In this document: positions 15,551 to 24,621 of the stretch, piece by piece
How positions within the stretch are numbered: the stretch's first letter is position 1
How the letters are laid out: the number at the start of each line of letters is the position of its first letter
NCBI GenBank assembly: GCA_963169055.1
Contig: CAUJFU010000170.1
Span: forward strand, 202-64,201
Reading direction: 5' to 3'
DNA length: 64,000 nucleotides
Source of the DNA: Myxococcota bacterium
Lineage (GTDB): Bacteria > Myxococcota_C > UBA6777
Position numbers and translations under genes: made by a program
The notes under the pieces: model-generated
What the model saw: only the letters and a program-made list of their open reading frames with translations
Databases searched by the model: none
What the model was told of the DNA's origin: nothing

Positions 15551-18304
15551 ATGAGACAGATGCGTGATAGACAAAGGCTTGCTCTCCTCCAAAAGCCTTT
15601 TGCTGGATGGGTGCTTGCTCTTTTTGTAGCCGCATTGAGCGTTGCAACGCTCGGATGCATCGGATGCAAGGGCAGTACCGCTCCCCAAGTAGGCGTCTTT
15701 CCGATCAAGGTGGTTGCCCTCACAAGCGACAAAGTCGGTATCCCCAAAGCCAAAGTCAGCATCAATAACAAAATGCTCGGAGAAACCGACCAATTCGGCA
15801 CTTTTGTGGGAACTTATCGTGGAAAAGTTCAAGACAAGATCCGCATCAAAGTCGAAGGCGCAGGCCAAGACAACTACATGATCATGACCAGCCGTTTGCG
15901 CTTGCGAAAAACCGCGCATGGCCTTGCTCCCGCTGAGATCAAAGTCGAAGCCTTCCTGCGTCAACCCCCTCCTGACGCGGAAACCTCCCCCAACCCCCCC
16001 TCTGGCGATCCAAACGCCACCGCCAACAACGCCACAGCCTCCAACACAAGCAATTCCGCCCCTCCCTCAAAAGGCCCCGACCCCACCCCCGAAAGACCTG
16101 CCCCTCGGCCCGAAGAGCGAGGCACAGATTCCCCTCCCATCCGAACCCCTCGACCTATCGGTCCTGAAACCCCACCTAAGCCACGCATCAGCGGAAAGTA
16201 CCGCATCAAGGTCATCGCCAACGTCAGCGGTATCCAAGTGTTCAAAGGGAAGAAACCACAAGGCGTCATCCGTATCCCCGAAGGCATCGTCTCTGTCAAA
16301 CATACCGACAAAAGCGAATCCCCACAGCCCGTCACCATCACACTCAAAGCCCGTAAACCGTGGCTTTACAAAACGCCTGAAGTCACACGAGATGTCGCAA
16401 TCAATGCTTCCCAAGAAGAATACGAGATCCGTGTAGACTTTGAAAAAGCCCCCCCGTTTAAGATCATGGCCCGCGCAAATATCGCTGGAATCCGCGTATC
16501 CATGGGCAAAGACAAACAAGAGATCGCCGATCCCAACAATCCCGTTGCTTTCGAATATGCTGGCAAACCCAAGACCCTCACCTTGGTCTTTGTCCCTGCT
16601 GATCGAAAAGTCAAACCTCGACGAATCACCAAAAAAGTCAAACTTGAAGCCGGAAAGTTCGAATACACCGCCGACACCGCCGAATTCAAAGCCCCTGAAC
16701 CTGCTGCGGCCCCCCGTGATCCTGAACCGCCCGCTCGTGATCGTGAGCCTGCTGTCGCCACTCGCGACCCCGAACCACCCGCTCGCGATCGCGAACCTGC
16801 CGTCGCCGTTCGTGATCGTGATCCTGCTGCTGCAACTCGCGACCCCGAACCTACGGCCCGTGAACCCGTCGCCACCCGCGATCCTGCTGCTGCCACTCGC
16901 GATCCCGAACCTGTCGCACCTCTCCCCATCCGCGAACCCGCCAAAACATTCAGCGGAAAGTTCGCCATCACCGTCACCAGCACCGCCAAAGGGGCCGTCT
17001 ATAAAAATGGCCGAAAAGTTGGTTCGATCTCCTCCGATGGCGGAAGTTACGTGGTCAAACACACCGACAAAAGCTCCTCTCCCAAACCCATCACCATCAA
17101 AGTTCGCGCAGCCAAAGCCGATGCCTTCAAAAAACGCGATGCCGAACAAGAGGTCGCACTCGAAGCCGGTCGCGAAACCTACACCACCGAGATCCAATTC
17201 GAAAAACGGCCCGGCATCGTCATCAAAGCCTACGCCAACCAAAAAGGCACTCGCGTCTCGCTCAAAGGAAAACCCCAAGGCGAGATCGTCGAAGTTGAAA
17301 AGCCCCTCTCCATGGACTATGACGGCTCTCCTCGTGGCAGCCTCACTGTCTTGTTTGTTCCTCCCGGAAACAGCTTTAAACCCCGCAAAGTCACCAAAAC
17401 TGTCCGCCTCCAAAGCGGTGTGTTTGAGTACGAAGTCCGCGCCGAGTTTAGCGAAGTCGACACAGGCTCCGAAGTCACCCTCAAACCCAACTGCTTCCGC
17501 CGTTCCAAAGGCAAAAAACGCGTTGTTGTGTTGAAAGCCTCGGCAGGTACGGCGTTTTCGCTCAAAAGCTCCGAAGGCGTCGATTGCGAAGGCGAGTCTC
17601 TCTCTAAAACAGGCAAGGCTGGCTTGATCAAAGTGCAGATGCCTACGGGCTTTGTGCGTGTGATCGCTCAGTTCCCCGACGGAGCCAAAAGCGAAAAGAC
17701 CTTTGAAGTCGGCGACGGTGGCGGCAATATGACCGTTTCTTTCTCCCAAGGCGGCAAGCGTTGCAACCTCGACCGCATCCAAGCCAAGATCCGCAACAGC
17801 ATCTTCCTCGAAGAAGAAGAAGTGGCCTGCCTGCGCAATGTTCAAAAATCCAACTCCCAGCACTTTTCTGCACACACCTCGCTTTCTCGTTTCTACTGCC
17901 ACAAACGCGCCTACAAGAACGGCATCAGCGTTCTTGATGAACTCTACAAAGACCCGAGCAATCGCTTTCAACCCTATCCCGCCATGAGCCTCGGTATCGA
18001 GTACAGCCGCTGCAAAAGCTACGATCGATCGCTTGATCTTCTTCGTCAGGCCGAACGCACCGCCAACCGCTTCGCCTCCGCAGACAAGTACGTCAACCAG
18101 AAATCTCTCTACAAAGCCCTTGCAGAAGTCTATGAACGCCGATACTACAGCAAAAAGAATATCACCGACCTTCGTCGCTCACTCAAATCCTTCGAACGCT
18201 TGGGCGATATCTTGCGCGGAGATGATGAAGATAAGTCTTATGCGCAAAAGAACATCACGCGCCTCAAATCCCTGCTCAGCAAACGCGGCGGCTTGGAAGA
18301 ATAA
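15551..18304 (+). CDS. Large secreted/lipo-protein with two ~170-aa duplicated beta modules, Pro/Arg/Asp-rich linkers and a C-terminal helical (TPR-like) domain
   Basis: Signal WVLALFVAALSVATLGCIGC. Module 1 (SGKYRIKV...VKHTDKSESPQPVTITLKARK...LTLVFVPADRKVKPRRITKKVKLEAGKFEYTADTAEF) is clearly homologous to module 2 (SGKFAITV...VKHTDKSSSPKPITIKVRAAK...LTVLFVPPGNSFKPRKVTKTVRLQSGVFEYEVRAEF). The linker between them is RDPEPPARDREPAVA repeats. Confidence 0.8.
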   Translation: MRQMRDRQRLALLQKPFAGWVLALFVAALSVATLGCIGCKGSTAPQVGVFPIKVVALTSDKVGIPKAKVSINNKMLGETDQFGTFVGTYRGKVQDKIRIKVEGAGQDNYMIMTSRLRLRKTAHGLAPAEIKVEAFLRQPPPDAETSPNPPSGDPNATANNATASNTSNSAPPSKGPDPTPERPAPRPEERGTDSPPIRTPRPIGPETPPKPRISGKYRIKVIANVSGIQVFKGKKPQGVIRIPEGIVSVKHTDKSESPQPVTITLKARKPWLYKTPEVTRDVAINASQEEYEIRVDFEKAPPFKIMARANIAGIRVSMGKDKQEIADPNNPVAFEYAGKPKTLTLVFVPADRKVKPRRITKKVKLEAGKFEYTADTAEFKAPEPAAAPRDPEPPARDREPAVATRDPEPPARDREPAVAVRDRDPAAATRDPEPTAREPVATRDPAAATRDPEPVAPLPIREPAKTFSGKFAITVTSTAKGAVYKNGRKVGSISSDGGSYVVKHTDKSSSPKPITIKVRAAKADAFKKRDAEQEVALEAGRETYTTEIQFEKRPGIVIKAYANQKGTRVSLKGKPQGEIVEVEKPLSMDYDGSPRGSLTVLFVPPGNSFKPRKVTKTVRLQSGVFEYEVRAEFSEVDTGSEVTLKPNCFRRSKGKKRVVVLKASAGTAFSLKSSEGVDCEGESLSKTGKAGLIKVQMPTGFVRVIAQFPDGAKSEKTFEVGDGGGNMTVSFSQGGKRCNLDRIQAKIRNSIFLEEEEVACLRNVQKSNSQHFSAHTSLSRFYCHKRAYKNGISVLDELYKDPSNRFQPYPAMSLGIEYSRCKSYDRSLDLLRQAERTANRFASADKYVNQKSLYKALAEVYERRYYSKKNITDLRRSLKSFERLGDILRGDDEDKSYAQKNITRLKSLLSKRGGLEE
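16715..16920 (+). repeat. Coding degenerate tandem repeat encoding RDPEPPARDREPAVA-type units
   Basis: The protein reads PRDPEPPARDREPAVATRDPEPPARDREPAVAVRDRDPAAATRDPEPTAREPVATRDPAAATRDPEPVAP. The DNA units CGTGATCCTGAACCGCCCGCTCGTGATCGTGAGCCTGCTGTCGCC and CGCGACCCCGAACCACCCGCTCGCGATCGCGAACCTGCCGTCGCC show synonymous drift. Confidence 0.85.
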
Positions 18305-18462
18305 TTCTCCGCTTCGATCCACGCGAGGGAAGCTTTCCGCCGCTCGCTCTCTTTCTCTCGCTGCGATACGCCGATCTCCTTTGACCAAATAAACCGCCCT
18401 TGTATGGGGTGTTTGCGCATGGTTCTTCTTCTCGGCGTTTTGGGGCGACTCTTCTGAAATGG

Positions 18463-20238
18463 ATGTTCGATCTCTGGAGGTGGTTTGAATTGCGCTATGC
18501 ACAGTGGTTTTTGATCGGGTTGTTTTTGGCCCACATCGGATGCACAAAAACGGATCCTCCAACAACGAATACAACGAATACAACGAGTCCACCCAACACG
18601 CGCAAAGCAGCCTCTTCAAACGCATCTTCTCAACCTGCTCTGCCGCGTGCTGTTTTGCCCAAAGCAACGCTCGATCCAACATGGTGGCCGCAAAGTTGGC
18701 TGGCCGCCATCGTCTCCGACTACAAGGTGCTGTTTCCTTTGCTCGGCCCCCAAGTCCGGGGAACAGAGACACATCGAGCCGCGATGGCTTTGCGCAAAAA
18801 CGATCTGATGGCTTATCTCAAAAAGCCCGTCGATCCGAAGAAAAAGATGTCTCGTGATGCGCACATCCTTCGCGGACGACTGTTGCTCCGTGCCGCACGT
18901 TTTTACGCAGAACTTTCCGAATTGGTGCTTGCTCTCAGCGAGGATGTTTTTTCTCAACGCTTTGCTCTTCGTAATCGCCTTCAAATCGGCCAACTGCTTC
19001 CTCTTTACCGAGGCCGCTTGTTCTGCCTCCGCAAAAACTTCAAAGCCGCACAAGAACAGTGGACCCTTGCAGAAAAAATCACCCCTCCCAACCGCCGATC
19101 CCGCCTTGCTTTTTGGAAGGCCCTCTGCCAAGACACTCCCCTCGCTCAAAAAAATAGCCTCCTCGAACAATCCGACTTTTCCAAAGATCCCGATAATTGG
19201 GCGGATTGGAGCCTTGCCCGCGCTTTTTTTGGCCTCTCTCCAAACAACAAACCGCAAACCCCCACCCCCCGCGCCGAACTCTACCTCGCTTTGACTCAAG
19301 ATGCCAAAACGATCGCTTATGATGCCCTTCGCTCCGTCATGGACGAAGAAACCATCAAAGAAGGCGACGTCGACGCAACGCTCGAATACTACGATCCCGG
19401 CCTGCCTTGGTTGCTTGCACAATACCACGCCCGCAAAGCCCTTCACGCTTTCCAACAGATCGATCCCTCCGATCCCAGCGCTGCTTTAGGCCAAGCCGAA
19501 GCCTTCGCTTTGCTCGGCTCGCACAAACAAGCTACACAGGCCGTCCACCTCTTTCTCAAAACACCACCCAAACAGATCGATTGGGCGATGCAAGTCTTTT
19601 CGCCTTTCCTCACTCCCAACGATCTGCTGCTGCGTGCGCGTTTGCTGCATCTGCGCCTTCTTTCCTCCACTGACAAAACTGCACACAAAACCGCGCAGGA
19701 CGGCCTCCAACAACTTCACCAACAATACCCACATTGCCCTGCTCGCCTTTGGATCGCTGAAACGTCCTTGTATCGGGAAAATACACCCAAACATTACAAC
19801 ACGATCCTCGCTTGTGCAGACCTTTCAACCGATCTGCTCAAACAATTGCAAACCTCGATCGATCAACAGACCGATGGGGCCAAGTACGTCGCCCAAAATC
19901 GCCTCACTCGTTATGCTTTGCGAGCCTTCTTTCAAACTGCCGCACAATCCGCACTTTTCCACGGTGACCGCGAACGTGCTGTCCGTTGGTTCGAGTTTTT
20001 GCACCAAAAAGATCAACCTTACCAGATCGGCGGCGACAACCAAGCCGCGCAGATCCTCTCCACCACACGCGCTTATCTGCGTATGTCGCGTTGGGGTGTC
20101 GCTTACTTCTTCCTCGGTAAAAATCGCCAAACCTACCCTTCGCTTACACAGCCGTGGGCTTTGCTTGGAACTCTTCGGATCTTCCGAGGCATGAGCGCAA
20201 ATGACGGTGGTGGCGGACCGGGACCCAAAGGCGATTGA
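18463..20238 (+). CDS. Secreted all-helical repeat protein of unknown function
   Basis: ATG 18463 gives MFDLWRWFELRYAQWFLIGLFLAHIGC, a signal with a possible but atypical lipobox. A Thr/Asn/Pro linker follows, then ~550 aa of helix-rich, TPR-like sequence. Its stop lies 26 nt before the SBP start. Confidence 0.7.
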   Translation: MFDLWRWFELRYAQWFLIGLFLAHIGCTKTDPPTTNTTNTTSPPNTRKAASSNASSQPALPRAVLPKATLDPTWWPQSWLAAIVSDYKVLFPLLGPQVRGTETHRAAMALRKNDLMAYLKKPVDPKKKMSRDAHILRGRLLLRAARFYAELSELVLALSEDVFSQRFALRNRLQIGQLLPLYRGRLFCLRKNFKAAQEQWTLAEKITPPNRRSRLAFWKALCQDTPLAQKNSLLEQSDFSKDPDNWADWSLARAFFGLSPNNKPQTPTPRAELYLALTQDAKTIAYDALRSVMDEETIKEGDVDATLEYYDPGLPWLLAQYHARKALHAFQQIDPSDPSAALGQAEAFALLGSHKQATQAVHLFLKTPPKQIDWAMQVFSPFLTPNDLLLRARLLHLRLLSSTDKTAHKTAQDGLQQLHQQYPHCPARLWIAETSLYRENTPKHYNTILACADLSTDLLKQLQTSIDQQTDGAKYVAQNRLTRYALRAFFQTAAQSALFHGDRERAVRWFEFLHQKDQPYQIGGDNQAAQILSTTRAYLRMSRWGVAYFFLGKNRQTYPSLTQPWALLGTLRIFRGMSANDGGGGPGPKGD

Positions 20239-20264
20239 ATTCGCGCAAACAAGGAGAACTTGCT

Positions 20265-21824
20265 GTGAGAGCTAGAGATCGATGGCAAAAAGGGCATCGC
20301 CCCTTGATCTGCGTTGTGGTGGTTCTGTGTCTCGGATGGACGATGGGATGGGCTGCACCTCCTCCCCTCAAATACGCCGAAGACCGCGCCCCTTCAAGCC
20401 TCAATCCCATCTATGCGGATGATATGTATTCTGAGCGCGCCTCCGAATTAATCTTCGAACGTTTGATCGGCTTTGACAAAGTTCAAAAGCCCGCTCCCAT
20501 GCTCGCCACCAAGTGGGTCGTGGGTGAGGACAAAAAATCCATCACGATGACCCTTCGACAAGGCGTCAAGTGGCACGATGGCGAAGCCTTTACCGCCCAA
20601 GATGTCGACTTCACCATCAAGATGATGACCAGCCAACGCTCTCAGATCGCCGACCGTTATCTGGCGCAGATCATCAAAAAAGTGACGGTCTCTGATCCTC
20701 ACACCATCCGCATCGAATTCAAAAAAGCGCTCAGCAAGCCCGAGCGCTGGTTTCAATTCAAGATCATCCCCAAACACCGCTTTAAATCGGGGATGGTCAC
20801 TCGTACCGATTACTTTAGTCAAAAACCCTTCGGTACTGGGATCTTTCAGTTCAACAAGTGGGACGGTCGAAAGATTATCCTTCGGCGCAACTCTAGCCAC
20901 TGGGGCCCCAAAAAGACCAAACTGTCCGGCGCAACACTCCAGATCATCCCCGACAAAAACATCCAAGTCGAAGTCCTCCGCTACGGTGGTATCGACGCGA
21001 TTATCCGCGTTCGTCCCAAAGATCTCCCAACCTTCGAGCGCGATCAAAACGTCCGCTTGTATCCGTATTCGACCAACGACTGGTGGTATATCGGCCTCAA
21101 TCACAAAGGCGTATTTCGTGATCGCGGTGTCCGCGAAGCTTTTGTGTATGCCCTTGATCGCGAATCCTTGCGCAGCGCCCACCTCGGCGACGGGCAGGTG
21201 ATCAGCGGCCCTTTTTCGCCCAACGATCCGCTCTACAACTTTTCGATCGCACCACGCAGTCAAGATGCCGAAAAGGCCGGCCAATTGCTCGATAGCGCGG
21301 GTTGGAAAAAAGCCGGCGAGTTCCGCAAAAAGGGCGGTAAAACCTTAAAAGTCCGTATGGTCTTGCCCAAAAGCAAAGATTCTTACAAGCCGTTGGTCTT
21401 GGGGGTTCAAGGCGAGCTTCGCAAAATCGGCGTGGATGTCGAATTGGTGTGGCTCAATGATGCTGCATGGTCGCGTGAGATCTTCATCAAAAAAGGTTTC
21501 GATATGACCCTTCATATCTGGAACTTTGACGATCTCTCCACCATCTACCCGCTCTTTCACTCCCGTGGTTCGCGCAATTACATCGGCTACAAAAGCAAAG
21601 AAGTCGACAATCTCTTGCGCAAAGCCACCCTCACCACCGACCCCGTGATCTACAAGGCCATCTACGGAAAACTCCATAAGATCCTCCACGACGAAGTCCC
21701 TTATATCTTCCTTTGGTCCCTCACCAACTATTCGTCGGTGGTATCGCGTGTCGAAAAAGTGACGATCCATCCCTTCAATTATTTTCATTACGTGTCGGAG
21801 TGGAGAAAGCGCGTCGCAGAGTAG
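20265..21824 (+). CDS. ABC transporter substrate-binding protein, family 5 (Opp/Dpp/Nik-type), paralog 1
   Basis: Family-5 SBP hallmarks: LNP...D..S..ASELIFE.LIG, KW...DKKSIT.TLRQGVKWHDG..FTA.DV.FT, WW..G.N. GTG 20265 is preceded by AAGGAG at the right spacing, so I prefer it to the TTG at 20235. Confidence 0.9.
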   Translation: MRARDRWQKGHRPLICVVVVLCLGWTMGWAAPPPLKYAEDRAPSSLNPIYADDMYSERASELIFERLIGFDKVQKPAPMLATKWVVGEDKKSITMTLRQGVKWHDGEAFTAQDVDFTIKMMTSQRSQIADRYLAQIIKKVTVSDPHTIRIEFKKALSKPERWFQFKIIPKHRFKSGMVTRTDYFSQKPFGTGIFQFNKWDGRKIILRRNSSHWGPKKTKLSGATLQIIPDKNIQVEVLRYGGIDAIIRVRPKDLPTFERDQNVRLYPYSTNDWWYIGLNHKGVFRDRGVREAFVYALDRESLRSAHLGDGQVISGPFSPNDPLYNFSIAPRSQDAEKAGQLLDSAGWKKAGEFRKKGGKTLKVRMVLPKSKDSYKPLVLGVQGELRKIGVDVELVWLNDAAWSREIFIKKGFDMTLHIWNFDDLSTIYPLFHSRGSRNYIGYKSKEVDNLLRKATLTTDPVIYKAIYGKLHKILHDEVPYIFLWSLTNYSSVVSRVEKVTIHPFNYFHYVSEWRKRVAE

Positions 21825-21857
21825 TCCTCTCCTCGCGGAGCGATGGTGCTTGGGATG

Positions 21858-21995
21858 GCCTTGGCTGCCCCTTTGGCCTATCCTTCGGCGCAGCACCACG
21901 GAGTGCCTTTTTGTCTCTCTGGATCATCCCCGATGTAGCGCGTTTTTGTGCCTTGGCTGCCTCTCTGGTTCATCCCTCAACGGAGCGATCTCGAC
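21858..21995. repeat. Degenerate ~46-bp tandem repeat (about 3 units) in the SBP1-permease spacer
   Basis: GCCTTGGCTGCCCCTTTGGCCTATCCTTCGGCGCAGC, then TCTCTCTGGATCATCCCCGATGTAGCGC, then GCCTTGGCTGCCTCTCTGGTTCATCCCTCAACGGAGCG. The units share the GGCTGCC(C) seed seen in the dispersed repeat. Confidence 0.5.
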
Positions 21996-21998
21996 GTC

Positions 21999-23003
21999 AT
22001 GGAAATCCTTCGCATTATCGCAAAAACCGTCTTTTTTTATCTGTTGGTGATCCTTGGGGCGACTTTCGTCATGTATGCTCTTTTGTGGGCCGCCCCGGGC
22101 GATCTGACGGATGTGCTTTGCCCCAAGGGGTGCGAGCCAGAGATGCGCCGAGAACTGATCAAAACATGGGGCCTCGATAAACCCATGATCGTTCAATATG
22201 GCCGATGGTTGGGGGATGCTGCGCGTTTTCGCTTTGGAACTTCGGTCTCCTTGCGACAGGGAGCGCCTGTCACCGAACTGCTCGCACCTGCCGTACGAAT
22301 CACTGCATGGATGGTGTTGGGGGCTGCTTTTTTGACGCTGCTGCTGGCCTTTTTTTTGTGCTGGCGGCCCTTGCGCTTTTTTTCTCGGTGGTTGCTGCGG
22401 TTGGGCCAATTTCCTTTGGTCGTATTGTCCTTCGCCCCGTTGTATATCCTCGCCTATTGGTCCGTGATGCTAACGAGCCGTGGACCCGCTTGGTTGGTTC
22501 AACAAGGGTGGCTTGACCCCAAAACTCTCGGACGTTGGCGCGATTTAGACTTGATCCCTTTCGGGCAACAAGTCAGCGATGAGGCCGGATGGCTGGCCTT
22601 GATCCCGTTTTTTGTTTCGATGGTGTTGCTTGCCATCGGCAACAACAATCTCGCCGAACAAGCGTCAAGTTTGCGCGGCGAGATCGAACATCTCAAAGGG
22701 CAGGACTTTATGCGGGCTGTTCGGGCGAAAGGTGCGTCTTTTTGGGCGCATTTTCTCCACAACTTGCTCCTGCCGATCACGCAGTTCTTTAGTACGCGTG
22801 CAATCCTTTTGCTCGGTACAGTGGTGATTATCGAAACCATCATGAGCATCAACGGCGTGGGATGGCTGCTTTGGCAAGCTGCGGAGATGCGCGATACACC
22901 CGTTGTCCTCGCCATCGCCTTGTTTGCGACAGTCCTTGCGAGCCTCCTTCAGATGCTCAACGAGATCGCGCTCAAACTGATCGACCCACGTCTGCGCCGA
23001 TAA
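21999..23003 (+). CDS. ABC transporter permease (OppB/DppB-type)
   Basis: N-terminus MEILRIIAKTVFFYLLVILGATFVMYALLWAAPGD is typical of OppB/DppB. Multiple TM helices, and C-terminal LNEIALKLIDPRLR matches the conserved DPR tail. Confidence 0.9.
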   Translation: MEILRIIAKTVFFYLLVILGATFVMYALLWAAPGDLTDVLCPKGCEPEMRRELIKTWGLDKPMIVQYGRWLGDAARFRFGTSVSLRQGAPVTELLAPAVRITAWMVLGAAFLTLLLAFFLCWRPLRFFSRWLLRLGQFPLVVLSFAPLYILAYWSVMLTSRGPAWLVQQGWLDPKTLGRWRDLDLIPFGQQVSDEAGWLALIPFFVSMVLLAIGNNNLAEQASSLRGEIEHLKGQDFMRAVRAKGASFWAHFLHNLLLPITQFFSTRAILLLGTVVIIETIMSINGVGWLLWQAAEMRDTPVVLAIALFATVLASLLQMLNEIALKLIDPRLRR

Positions 23004-23057
23004 GCGCTTCCATGAGTCGATACGAGTCATATCGTATCCATACGAGGAGATCCATCC

Positions 23058-24614
23058 GTGCAAAACATCAAGAGAGGTCTACCGTTTGTTCGTTTGTTCT
23101 CTGTGTGGGCGGGCATGGCGTTGCTTGCGATGGTCCTCCCTGTCTCCGCCACCCCGTTAAAATACACCGAAGATCGGACGCCTTCGGTGCTTAACCCACT
23201 ATTTGCGGAGGACATGTACTCTGTGCGTGCTTCCGAGCTGATCTTTGAAAGCCTGATCGGTTGGGACAAAGATCAAAAACCAGCCCCGATGTTGGCGACC
23301 GAATGGTCTGTTGCTCCCGACAAAAAATCCATCACGCTGACCCTTCGACAAGGAGTGAAGTGGCACGACTCCAAGCCCTTTACCGCCGAAGATGTCGACT
23401 TTACCATCAAAGCCATGACCAGCCGCAGCACTCAGATCGCCGACCGTTATCTCGCGCAGATCATCAAAAACGTTTCTGTTCTCGGTACACACCAGATCAA
23501 AATCGATTTCAAACAGCCTTTGAGCAAACCTGAAAAATGGCTGCAATTCAAAATCATCCCCAAACATCGCTTCAAAAGCGGCACGGTTCAGCGCTCTGAT
23601 TACTTCAACCAAAAACCCTACGGTACAGGACCGTTTCAATTCCGCTCGTGGATCGGGCGAAAGATCCAATTGCGCCGCTTTTCTGGGCATTGGAGAGGCG
23701 ACCAGATCGGCCTTGATGGCGTCGCCCTCCAAGCCATACCCGACAAAAATATCCAACGCGAAGTCCTTCGCTACGGCGGCCTTGATACCATCATTCGCGT
23801 CCGTCCGAGAGATATCCCCCTCTTTGAACGCGACCAAGGTGTCGGCTTGATGCCTTATTCCACCAACGATTGGTGGTATCTCGGCATCAATCATCGAAAA
23901 GGCAGTCTGTTTGCGGATCTGCGCGTTCGCCAAGCCTTTATTTATGCCCTCGATCGGGCCGGATTGCGCGACGCCCACCTTGGCGACGGTCAGATCATCA
24001 GCGGACCTTTCTCTCCCAACGATCCCCTCTACAATTTCTCCGTAGAAGTCCGCACCCAAGACACCGAAAAAGCCACCAAACTCCTCGATGCTGCGGGGTG
24101 GAAACTCTCTTCTGGCCAACCTTATCGCAAAAAAGCCGGCAGAGTCCTCAAAGTGGATTTTCTCTTGCCGCGTAGCAGAAATTCATACAAAGAGCTTTGT
24201 CTCGCGATCCAAGGCGAGATGCGCAAGATCGGCGTCAACGTCGAGTTGATCTGGGTCGATGATGCTGCATGGGACCGCCAAGTCTTCACCCAAAAGCGCT
24301 TCGATATGGTCCTCCACATCTGGAACTTTGATGAACTCTCTACCATTTATCCGCTCTTTCATTCACGCGGAAACCGTAACTACATCAGCTACAAAAACAA
24401 AGAAGTCGACCGCCTCCTCGAACAAGCCACCCGCACCACCGACCCCGTGATCTACAAAGCCATCTACGGAAAACTCCACAAGATCCTCCACGATGAGCTC
24501 CCCTACCTCTTCCTGTGGTCCCTCACCAACTACTCCGCGATGTCTGTGCGCGTGAAAAAAGTGACGATCCATCCTTTTAATTATTTCCATTACGCGCATT
24601 CATGGGTAAAATAG
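23058..24614 (+). CDS. ABC transporter substrate-binding protein, family 5, paralog 2
   Basis: GTG start after GAGGAG, with a signal peptide (FVRLFSVWAGMALLAMVLPVSA). By my eye count it is about three-quarters identical to paralog 1 over the first ~100 aligned residues. Confidence 0.9.
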   Translation: MQNIKRGLPFVRLFSVWAGMALLAMVLPVSATPLKYTEDRTPSVLNPLFAEDMYSVRASELIFESLIGWDKDQKPAPMLATEWSVAPDKKSITLTLRQGVKWHDSKPFTAEDVDFTIKAMTSRSTQIADRYLAQIIKNVSVLGTHQIKIDFKQPLSKPEKWLQFKIIPKHRFKSGTVQRSDYFNQKPYGTGPFQFRSWIGRKIQLRRFSGHWRGDQIGLDGVALQAIPDKNIQREVLRYGGLDTIIRVRPRDIPLFERDQGVGLMPYSTNDWWYLGINHRKGSLFADLRVRQAFIYALDRAGLRDAHLGDGQIISGPFSPNDPLYNFSVEVRTQDTEKATKLLDAAGWKLSSGQPYRKKAGRVLKVDFLLPRSRNSYKELCLAIQGEMRKIGVNVELIWVDDAAWDRQVFTQKRFDMVLHIWNFDELSTIYPLFHSRGNRNYISYKNKEVDRLLEQATRTTDPVIYKAIYGKLHKILHDELPYLFLWSLTNYSAMSVRVKKVTIHPFNYFHYAHSWVK

Positions 24615-24621
24615 GGACGTT

